Source of the DNA: Amoebophrya sp. A120 | Taxonomy: Eukaryota > Protista > Dinoflagellata | Assembly: GCA_905178155.1 (NCBI GenBank) | Contig: CAJINV010000004.1 | Span: 814,629 to 878,628 of the forward strand | Reading direction: 5' to 3' | Length of the DNA stretch: 64,000 nt | Part shown: one piece after another, positions 45,201 through 55,400 of the stretch | How the letters are laid out: the number at the start of each line of letters is the position of its first letter | Position numbering within the stretch: the stretch's first letter is position 1 | Notes under the pieces: model-generated | Databases searched by the model: none | What the model was told of the DNA's origin: nothing | The model's input: only the letters and a program-made list of their open reading frames with translations | Program-made: the position numbers and the translations under genes

Positions 45201-48200
45201 AGGCTGCGCAGCGTCCGGGGCTCGTTCGACGGGAGAGAGGCGATGACGGTGTCTAAAGGCAGGTCTTCGTGGTCGATTAAATTACTGATCCGCTTTCCAA
45301 ACAGCTCGTCAGGATGATCCTGATCGTTCTCACTGCTTTCGACGTGAAGATTCACCGTGTCGGTTTCATTGACATTCTCGTTGCTGTTTACGCGCTTCGG
45401 CGGTCCGTGTTCTCTAATTGATGCGGTAGATCTTCCCGCATGTTGACAAAACGCCGCCATCTCGACGTCCACAGCTTGGTGCTTGTTCAACATCTTCCGG
45501 CTCGTCGTGTCACCATCCTCTTCGAAATAACTCCTGCTTCCCGAGCGGAGTTCAGATAATAACTGCTGCGAAGTGGCGGGCGGCCGGGAATCTATTTCAT
45601 CCAAACCCGTCAAATAAAGCTGCGAAGTACTAGAAGATGAACTTGCCTTCCCGATTGCCCCACCAGTCGCCAGGAATTCTTGCGTTTTGTTCGACCGCAA
45701 TCCCTGCAACACGCTCGCATTGGATTTCAGCGGGAACTCGAAGTTTTTCTTTTTCCCGGACCAACAAAGTAACGGCGTCTTGCTGGCGGAGAAGGCGGAG
45801 GAAGAGTTCTGGCAGGAAGATTTCCGCGGAATTCCGGGCCGGTGCAACTTCTTGCTCTTTGGATGAATCATGGCAACTCCTTGAACAGCAACAGCGGCAG
45901 CTCCAGGTCCAGGTGCAGAAGTGCCCATGGTTGTATAATTCTGCTTCTTTAACGGCACCCCCTCCACCACCACACTGGCACACGAACTTGTTGAACCGCG
46001 TCGCCCACGACCTGCGTAGTCGTGCCCACTCGACGTGTTCGAGTTTCGCTTCAACAACATCGTCGTGTTCCTGGCAGCTGCGTCAAGATCTAGTACATGA
46101 TCCTCCTCGGCGCCGCTGCTGGACAAGTCGGAGGATGTTTTCACTTTCTTCCTCTTTCTCTGCGACATGGTCGTGGTCATGATCTGTTGCTGCGCAATCG
46201 CCCCGGCAGAATTGGAATGCGACGTCGTGGTCCCACTGGTCCCAGCAGGGTATAAATGGTTCCGTAAGTCGCTCGCATTCAGCATTATGGATGTGTCACC
46301 TTTGAAATCGTCAAAGTTGAAATAGTTTGTCATGCATAAAACGGATACCAGTTAGACCTACAGTTTGTAGTCGGTGCATGGCAAATTTTCCCGGTCCTGG
46401 AAGCGAGTCTGTCATGCGGTTTAGGGCAAAAGAGCTGCCTTCTGTCATGCTAGTTAGCAGTCCAACTTTTGACCCTTACCAGGACTATAATCTGCCTCCC
46501 TTGGGTCCTCTGCAATAGAGTCACTTTTTGTATCGCATTTTATGCATTACAAATTATTTCAAGTTTGACGATTTCAAACCTGACGCTTCCATAAGCATCT
46601 CGCGTTGCGTACACAACGATAACCCGCGAACCGACGAGAATCAACTGTAAAAATGTCTGGGTCTGGAAACTTGTGATGCTGGGTGGCGTCTCATGATGAG
46701 GCCACAAATGCTGGCTCAGCATGACAAGTTTCTGAGCTTCTAGGTGTTGCCTATTCTGCATGACAAACTGCGTTCTTGCATCACAGAAAAATGGAGCTCT
46801 TGGGTAACGTGCATGACAGATTTAAGAGTCATGCCAGACAAGCATGACAAACATGCATTCTTCCAGACCCAGACATTTTTACATTTGATAACGAGAATTC
46901 GGACGCAAACTCGATCTTCGCACGGTACCGCGACTCTTTCTCCACGTTCAGCATCGAGGCCAGCTGCATCATCAATCGCTGGACCCGTTTGTCGGTGATC
47001 TGGGACTTGTTGTCCGCGGTTAAATTCCTCGCGATCGCGTCGTCTGAAGATTTGAAAATCCGGTGTAACTGCGGGATCAACAAGTCCAGGATCTCGAAGT
47101 TGCAGTTGTGGAAGAACCAGTGCTTCTGCATCTGTTTCTGTTTATTCTGTGCAAAAGTATCATACTCTTACAAATGCATTACAAATTTTCTCAGAATGAG
47201 ACATGAAATTTGTAATGCTGATTTACCTTGAGGAAAAGATTTGTAATGCATGACTGCATTACGAGTACGATACTTATTTTGCACAGGATACTGTTGCGCC
47301 TTGGACAAAATCTCCGCCTGGCACAGCGCGCGGTGGAGCAGTAAAGAGTGGTGCTTCGCGGAGTCGTAGACGGAGAGGTAGTGATACAGCGGCGTTTATC
47401 CTGAGAAAAAACACCCCCACCCCATAGACATAGTCAAGATGGGAAAGCTGCTAGACAAATCAGCCAGCTTTGGTTGTTGCGCATGACAAGTTTGGCCTCG
47501 TAGTGTGATTCTGTTTAAATTGTTCAGCAGCATCACAGAAGATCTGGCCTATTATACTGATTGAAGCATTACAAATTCCAAAACACGACCAGAAAACGCT
47601 TGGCATAGGGCTCCGCATGAGAAACATCTTGAGCATGCAGAATTGCATGAGAGCTATGGGGTGGGGACGTTTTTGCATTTGATAGCGTGATCGTCGTGCC
47701 GTTGATGAAGATCGTCAAGAGTGCGATCCCCGAGACGTGAAACGCGATCCGCGCCCGCGTACCAAATGTAAAAATGTCTGGGTCTGGAAGGATGCGAACT
47801 CGTCATGCAGCTTTTCCATGACCCATGAGGTCTGGAATGCAGGACCTAGCATGACAGATTCTGCGCGATCTCTTTCATGCCTATCCTGCATGAGAAACTC
47901 CCTCGCGGCTTGGTCAAAACTGGACGACTTATGGTAATCATGCAACACAGATTTTTGCATGCTTCAGATTTAGCATGACAAGTTGCATTCTTCCAGACCC
48001 AGACACTTTTACATTCGATACCGCGTCTCTAACGGCAACACGGTCGAACTCGTGTCTATGGGATTCTCAAACGTTTCATTCTCAACTGTTACATGAATTT
48101 GCGATGCGAGAATAGCAAAAGTGAGAGGAGGGATCGTGCGCGTCTTGCATGACAGATTTGGCGCCGATTATGAGCCTGCTTGGCCCTCTGGGAATTTGTC

Positions 48201-51071
48201 ATGCGAAGCAGCTTGATGGTGTCGATTCTGAAGGCAATTTTGCATGACAAATCATGTAACAGTTGAGAATGTAACAATTGAGAACGCCATAGTGTCGGAT
48301 TCGACCAAAATCGCCATCGCCAACCCAACCGCACCGCGTAAACCGCTGTACACGAGAATGATGCACTCCTTCATGGTCATGCCGTATCCGGACCTTTTCA
48401 AAAACGGGTACAAGACCGCCACGACAATGGCTCTCGTCAGGTGCACCAAAAAGTACAGCACGATCAGTTCGATCCAGTCTCGGGGGAGCAAATTGGCCTG
48501 GAAACTGTAGCGGTACCCCACCACGCCGGCGAGGACGAAGATCAACTCGTTGGACACCAACGCGAGAAACGCGATCACGGTGTGGTGCGAGTGCGCGTGC
48601 TCGCCCGCGATGCTGTACTGCCCCGTGGCGGACATTGCGAAGCCGAAGGTAACGATGGCGAGAACGGCCGACACCTCGATGTCGTGGTGGTCCGCGACGA
48701 AAAAGGTCCCGTAGGCGCCGACAATCACGATAAACAGCCCGACCTGGTAGGACGACTCCTTATTGTTGTTGATGTTCCCCGCGTTTTTCGTCACATTCCG
48801 GAGCAGAAACAGCGTGATGCAGAAAGAAATGATTCCGACAAAAATGCCGCCGAACGCCAAATACGCAAACTGAAACGTGACATCCGTGAAGGAAAACGGT
48901 TTCAACCCCTTTGCGAGGTCGAGGAAGACCAGAAACAGCAGCACCCCCGACCCGTCGTTTAGCAGCGCTTCGCCGGAGATCAGTAAAGTCAATTTCGCGG
49001 GCGCGTGAAGGTTGTGCAAAGCGCCAATGACCGCGACGGGGTCGGTCGCGGAAAGGATGGCACCGAGCAGGAGCGCTTCGGAAACCGTGAACCCCTGCCA
49101 GGAGGAGGAGGTGGAGGTGGAAGAAGTCGCAGCTAGGAGGCGGTTGGTGCTGTGTGTAGAAGAGGTTTGGCTCACGCTGAACGCTGTTGGCCCGTTTTCG
49201 TCTTGGTGTACTTCTTGCTGGGTCGTTTCTGTTCGCTGTTGTAGAAGTTGTTCCTGCTGCTGCAATTGTGGAGGGAGAAACACGAGTGAGCCCTGTTCCG
49301 GAATCAACGAGGACAACTCATTCGCGGCATTGGGAATGGTTCCCATGCTGGACGACCTTGCGGTAGTGAAAGGCGTACTGGAAGTAGAACCCGTAGAGGT
49401 AACACTCTCCGCCGCGTCCGCGAAAGCGCTCGAAGCGGTAGAGGGAAAGGGAGGCACTTCTGAATCCAGATCCATTGACGTAGAAGATCCTGGTAGCAAC
49501 GTCCCGGTACTAGCACCAGCTGGCGCGGCTCCACTCGGGCCGACCACCATTCCCTGTGCTGGTCCAGCTCCTGCTCCACCCGGAATTATGGTATAATTAC
49601 TTCCAGCTCCAAAAAACGTAAATTTTCCGAAGGTGAAGTACAAAAACGCCCCGGTCAGCACTGTGTTCAAAATCGCGCCGGGTAAGGCCAGCAGCAAACT
49701 GTTCGGCAAAACCCTCCTGCCCACGTGCCAAATGGTCTTCGCGGAGTCCTCATAGAGGAGCGCCGGGAGCAGAATCCAGAAGATCACTTTTGGGTCGATG
49801 TTCTGCGCCACTTCAACCGCTTCGGAAATTTCGTAATCCGGGCAAACGGAGGAAAAGTGGGACAGGAGCAAGCCCGCGCAGTACAACATGACGGAGTGCG
49901 GAAAGTCGAAGGGCAGGACTTTGTGCAGAACGTCCTGCAGCATCTGGCAGCAGGCGGAAATGAAGAGAGCGAGGAGAACGAAATAGAGCGGGTAAAATGA
50001 CCGGGACAGGATGTGCGACTCCGTGTGCAAGGTCTGCTCACCGTGGACCCTCATAGATGCGCGCTGCTGGAGTAGTCCTCCACCTGCTCCGCCGGGAGCT
50101 ATCTCTCCACCGCCCGCCGCTGCAGCTCCTCCGGAACCACCCTCAGCGTTCGCAGCAGCTGCTCCCGAAGATATTAATGCGATATTTTGCACATTTTTGT
50201 GCTCGTGCAGATAACTGTAGTCGACGAGGCAAATCGCTAGATAAGATTTGTAGTTCCGGCTGCGGTCCCGTGCGTCCGTCTTGGTTTGCAAGTACAATTT
50301 CGACGCTTGTTGGTCGTAGTAGCACCCCGCGTGCTTCATCAAATCCTGGGGTGTTTCTTCCAGGGGCTCCACGGTCAGGAGGAAAGACTTCGTGTGCGGG
50401 TCGACGGTTCTGCGTCTCAACCCAAGTTCGTAGTTCGCGACCCGGGCGCATTCTTCCGCGGTGAGAATTTGAAATTCGTGGTCGCACCTCTCGGGCGTTA
50501 GGTGGTACAGCTTGCTCGTCGGCGCGGTGGAAGGGGAAGAGATAGAATCTTCAAGAACCTCCGACGTGGCCGCAAGGACATCCCTTGTACCAGGTGATAG
50601 ATTTCGCCTTGCTCGTCCAACAGTGACGAATGGATTGGTGCTGCCCTCGTTCGTTTCAGAAATGCCACTGTGTCCAGCCGCCCACGATGATGAAAGTCGT
50701 GGTCGAGGTGGCCCTCGTGCTGACCCGGAAGCTGCAGCACGATTTCCCTTGCTCTTCCAAAGCAACAGCACCGGTGAGAGCAGCAAGCAGAGGGACAAGA
50801 GGGAATAGATCCCAGAACGAGTTTTCGAACAAGACTGATGCTTCGCCATCATTTTCAACTCCATCTTCGGTGATGACAATGCATTCACTCGCCACACAAT
50901 AAGTAGATACCCGGCAACAGCGAAAAGGATCAACTTGACAACCGATTTATTTCTTTGTCTCTCGGGCGGGGGGGGGGGGGGTGGTGAGCGTATGATTTTC
51001 AACAATCTTACTCGCATTCTCTCAGCAACAGACGATGTCGAACAACAAAATGAAGATTTTACATCCCGCAT
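42295..51071 (-). CDS. CPA1-family Na+/H+ exchanger (SOS1/NhaP-like), ~2,249 aa, 8 introner introns
   Basis: LLPALLYE, GAILSATDPVAV, LISGEALLNDG, SGLRGAVGLAMA motifs. Exons 51071-48292, 48051-48021, 47754-47685, 47391-47291, 47137-46891, 46633-46594, 46280-43706, 43457-43411, 43153-42295 total 6750 nt and recover the last TM helix IAFHVSGIALLTIFINGTT. Confidence 0.9.
43159..43410. mobile_element. Introner family A, 252 bp
   Basis: 30-bp TIR; TSD gcctc; joins ALMEA|FEYAQE. Near-identical reverse complement of 46639-46890. Confidence 0.95.
43463..43705. mobile_element. Introner family A, 243 bp
   Basis: TIR tatcaaatgcaaaagtgtctgggtcgggaa; TSD gtaca; joins YSELY|ELQVIS. Confidence 0.93.
46286..46593. 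mobile_element. Introner family B, 308 bp
   Basis: ~55-bp TIR; TSD agcat; joins QREML|NASDLR. Confidence 0.93.
46639..46890. mobile_element. Introner family A, 252 bp (opposite orientation to 43159-43410)
   Basis: TIR aatcaactgtaaaaatgtctgggtctggaa / tatcaaatgtaaaaatgtctgggtctggaa; TSD acgag; joins SEFS|SVRGL. Confidence 0.95.
47143..47290. mobile_element. Introner family C, 148 bp
   Basis: TIR tattctgtgcaaaagtatc / tatcctgtgcaaaataagtatc; TSD ctgtt; joins SKAQQ|KQMQKHW. Confidence 0.92.
47397..47684. mobile_element. Introner family D, 288 bp
   Basis: tatcctgagaaaaaacacccccaccccatag / tatcaaatgcaaaaacgtccccaccccatag; TSD gcgtt/gcgtg; joins NGTTIT|PLYHYL. Confidence 0.88.
47760..48020. mobile_element. 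Introner family A, 261 bp
   Basis: 31-bp TIR; TSD ccgcg; joins PLETR|ARIAFH. Confidence 0.93.
48057..48291. mobile_element. Introner family F, 235 bp
   Basis: ~40-bp TIR tatgg..ttctcaa....cattctcaactgttacatga; TSD gtgtc; joins VESDT|SSTVLP. Confidence 0.9.
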
Positions 51072-51827
51072 GGCGTTTTTTGCTGCTTCTGCTTCCCGAA
51101 TGCGCGGCGAACTAGAAAATGTACTTCTAGGTCTGCGTCAAGTTCAAGAACTGTGGAAAAAGCAAAACATAAAGAAATTCGAGATCCCCATGAATCACTT
51201 CGCGAGGACCAACTCCCCTGCTCCGTATCCAGACGAAAATTATCAACATGCTGTCCTCGTGTAAAATCCCTCACGGTCACGGAGCCTGGAAAATAAAAGT
51301 TCGTCAGCTGCTTTCCAAATTGATTAGAAGCCATGATGAAGTGCTCGCGCGTGACAACACGTCAGATCTAGATCTTTCTAGTGGTCGGGGTTTGAAGATA
51401 ATAAAAGTCAAGTTTTGACTTGAATTTAGGGGGGAATACAAGAATGTCACGCATGCGAACTATTTTAACTAGTTTTTGTTTTTTGTTTTCAAGAGGGACT
51501 TTTACCTGTTTGATTTTGATTTGATTTTCTTTTGATTATTCACCCGTAGATGATTAGCTATGCGCGCAATAAGAACAACACTTCGGCCCTTGCCGTCTCA
51601 CCATCAAGAACCTCTCTACCCGATGAAGTAGACCTAATGAGGACAGGTCGGGGCTTGAAGATAATAAAAAAAAAAATAGTAATACTAAATGGGTGATGAA
51701 CTTCTTGCTGCAATAGAACACGACCGTCAGATAGAAAAAAGTAAAAGATCAAGTTAGGGTTAGCATAAATAGTATAAAAATTCTTCTTTGAACAAGGGGG
51801 GTGTTGGTCTTTGTTTGGTACTTTTCA

Positions 51828-52260
51828 GTGCAATTTCAATTTGGGTTTGATGCTTAGTAGTTGGTTGACAAAAGCAAAAGCGAAACGAAAACCAAAACCG
51901 AATTATAAAGTAAACGTAAAGCGAATCATAATAAAACAAAAACAGTGACTACAGAGCAAGGCTTCTTGTGATGTATGATCATGATGTCTGTGGAATTGGA
52001 AAAACAAATATTTACAAGCTTGTTCGGATCGTAATCGTATTTCTCCAGATCCAAAAACGAAATATGCGCTATCCACTCCTCTACTCCCCAGAAGAGTCGT
52101 CACTTTCGTCGTCGACGTCACCTCCTTTACTCCCCTTGCGCGCCCCGTTCTTCGCTTTTTTATTTTTCGAGGCCGCAAGCGCAACCGCCATAATGCCGGT
52201 TGTCGGCAACTACAACATGTTGTCGTTACCATCGTCCATTTGTTTGGAGGTATCGGTACG
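51828..52260 (-). pseudogene. Relic of the 3' end and 3' flank of a paralogue of the Lys/Met-rich gene at 59391-63869
   Basis: 52081-52260 translates DDGNDNML*LPTTGIMAVALAASKNKKAKNGARKGSKGGDVDDESDDSSGE*, matching DDDDDMLTTAGIMAVAASKNKGGNGARGKGGRGGGIDYDESDNSSGE*. The downstream gtgcaatttcaat...tgcttag.agttggt.gaca block is also shared (51828 versus 59190). Confidence 0.8.
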
Positions 52261-52461
52261 GGTAAGACACTTATTTTTCGTGCACATTTAGCTTAAACTT
52301 AAAGGTTGTTCGATGCGAATGCGATTCTTTTTACTTTGACATCAATCCGTCAGAATTTCATTCACATTCGTGGCCCAACAGCCGGGACCTCCCATGATTG
52401 AAGCTCTCCGGAGGTACTACGTGCAGCTCGACGAACGTCATGGCTCGACCTCCTCGACCTG

Positions 52462-55400
52462 CTACTCCGGGTAGTTACAAGTAGCTTCACGAAATCCACG
52501 CTTCGTAACGTACCTTTCAATCCTGTCGCGCCTGTTGTCCTCCTGCCAAGTTTCGGCCTCAGAGCGGAACTCCAAACTGTTGTGATAGGCCTTAAGAAAC
52601 GCCTTCTTTTCTCCTTCCGAGCTCGCATTCGCAAGCGACATCACCACGAGCCTGCCATTAGCATCAAGAACCTCCCGAAAGAAAAAGTGTTGCGAGCGAA
52701 AGACAAACTGAAAAAGGCCTTCGGTGTACAGTGCGGCGGCCCCCAGGGACAACAGGACACGCCGCCACATTGCTTCCGTAAGATGTTGCTTACGCTGCAA
52801 CCGCGAGTCCGCGCCAAATAAATTGGACGTCTTGGTGACCTTGGTGGTTGTAGTAGCCGCTCGCGACTGACTCGTCTGCCAGGAGTGCACGCGATCTATT
52901 CGTAAAAGCATGGGTTTCGCAAATTCGACGACGTCGCCAACTAGCTCGCTTCGCTTTTTTCTCGAACCATGTTCCTCCAACCGGCGAAGTTGAAGCACCA
53001 ACAACTCCGCGTGGGCGTCGTCGACGAGACCAAGTAGATGGCGATTCACGGTTTCTTGTGCTTCCTTCACGTAACACAAGTCAAGATAATTGCCTTGCCG
53101 CACCACGAATATCCCATCCGGGGTCGTGATCCGAGAGTTCTTTTCTTCTTTGCCAGGCCACATCAAACGTAAACCTAATGCGTCCTCGCGGCTCTCGGTC
53201 CTGCTTACTTTCTCGTCCTTGCTCTTCAAATCTCCCAAGACTTCCTTATCGAACCATGCGTCCTCATCGTGCGCGATTTCCTCAATCCGCTTTTTTATAT
53301 CTTCCGGGCTGATGTAGTAGCGCCACAATCTGTCCTCGAAGTCGTTTTCCAGATCTTGGAGCACTCCCGCAGCTAGCTTTTCACTGTGATGATACTCGAG
53401 CGCCTGTAACAGAAACACTGGCGTGAAATGAGGCGTGTCGCCCTCGATTTCGGATGTTGGGAGGACTCCGGCGTGTCGATATACTGTGCTGAGTTGCCCA
53501 GTCAGCCAGGATCTCAATTCACCGGAAGCGGACGCTCGCGCGGTGTGGAGACTGTCGGGGCGAAATAAACAGCTTTCTCCTTCATCTGCAATGACCCGCA
53601 CCGGTGAATATTGACCACAATAGAAAAAATTTCTCCAGTTACCTGCAGCCCCGTACGAAGTAACCCAGACGGCGCGCGCCAGAAGATGCGGCCTTTGTCG
53701 GAAGAGAACAGCAAGTGCTCCTTTGGCTTTTGTACCATCTGCATCACCCGTGGTCGTCGAGGAGGCGGACGATGTGGGCGCCCGGATAGCTTCGATTACT
53801 TCGACGCCCTGTTCTGTAATTTGGTTCTGGTGCGATTCTGGAAGTGCGGCGACCGCAATATCAACTCTCTGCCTTGGCACGCTTGCGAGATGCGACATGT
53901 CATGCTCTGCTTTGTCATTGTCCGTGGTTGTTCCCTTACCCTTGCTCTTTCCTCGTCGTTGTTGTTTTTCTTTTTGTTCGGCCAACACTTGTGTCTGCAA
54001 TGGCGCGCGCCATAAACCTCGAAGGAGGTCGTCTATGGAACTGTCGCCCTCGGACATCGTTTGCGTGGTAGCAACGACAGCATACAACTCGGACAGGCTT
54101 TGCAAGTAATCCGGATCGCTGGTGGCTAGGTCCACAGCCATGCCAAACGACACGAGTGCTGCAAGGCACTCAAAGTCACCGTTGAAGCCAACGCGACCTT
54201 GTGCTATTCCAGTAAGCCATTCGAGTCGGCCGGGTTCGACTCTGCAATCGCGCACCTGTCTCTTTCTTATGGTATCCTTTCTTGACGCCCACGCCCAGTT
54301 GTGACTCTGCGGACCATGCTGTGTGTCCTCGTAGTCGTGATGAAGTAGACGTACCTGACGGAAGTGGCTCATTGCTTCGAGATAGTTTATTTGCGGGGGC
54401 AATGTAATGGCGCCTGCCCAGGCCATCGCCAAGTTTCCGATCATGGTAGCGAGGGACACGATTGCCGATTTATCTTTGCCGGCCGCGGTGTCCAAGTGAT
54501 CACGACTGATTTTCCATCGCCATCGGTACTCACCGGCCGTTGCCGTAATGTGGGCGACCACGGGAAAATCAGCCAGATAGCGCTTGCTCCGTACTTGTTG
54601 CCTCATTTCTTCCACCAGCGCCATCGCCTCGTCTTGATCAGTTCTCTGCTGAGCAGTGTAATAATTATGCCCGTTAGGCTTTTCACTTGCTGTTGCTATC
54701 CAAAACACAGACTCCGCCTTTCCCAAAAGCACCCGCACTTCCGCGTCGATCCGGGATCGAAGACCAAGCGCAAGGACTGCAAGTTGCATGATGGCCTCTC
54801 GTTCCGAACTTCGGTCCACCTCTACTGCAAGCTGCTGGAGGGGTTGTCCACCTTTCCTTGCCCGTAATTCCAATTTCCGCCAGAGCTCAGAAAGAAACTC
54901 CTCCTTTGTTTAGGGCGGAAAAATCGGCAAATAGCATCATTTTTGTCAGCTCACACTTTGGGGGGGTATTTTTTTTTCTTTTGTCAGGGAGTCAACTACC
55001 TGGAAATCAACAGAAGTAAAGCATCACTTCATCTTTTCCACGAGAAACATGATAGCTCGGCTTTCAAAAGGCCTTCATAGCAAGACACGAAACAGGCGGC
55101 AGCGCCTTCGCGCTGTGCGTTGTCGCTCAGATGGCCCGGCAATGTTGAGTAGGCCCGCTCTTCGAGAAGTGGCTGGGCCACCTCCGGGACCGGACCACAA
55201 CGAGGACGCTCGCCACGAGGAAGAGGGAACCCGGCAAGGGGGGTGGTCAGGGGGGTGCATTTTTGCCCCCTTCGGACACCCCTTCCGGGTACCCCTTCCG
55301 GGTACCCTTTCGGTAGCCTATGCCGACCCCCTAATCCCCATTAGAAACTGCCGATTTTGCGTGCCCCAAAATGGTAGCCCAGAGGCAGCCCAAGCGCACC

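Noticed and set aside
43159-48020. Recurring peptides FQTQTFLHL / KCKNVWVWK / YQMQICLGLE in many small ORFs
   Set aside because: They are translations of the family A TIR, not a protein motif. The elements are non-coding and no transposase ORF was recognised in the window.
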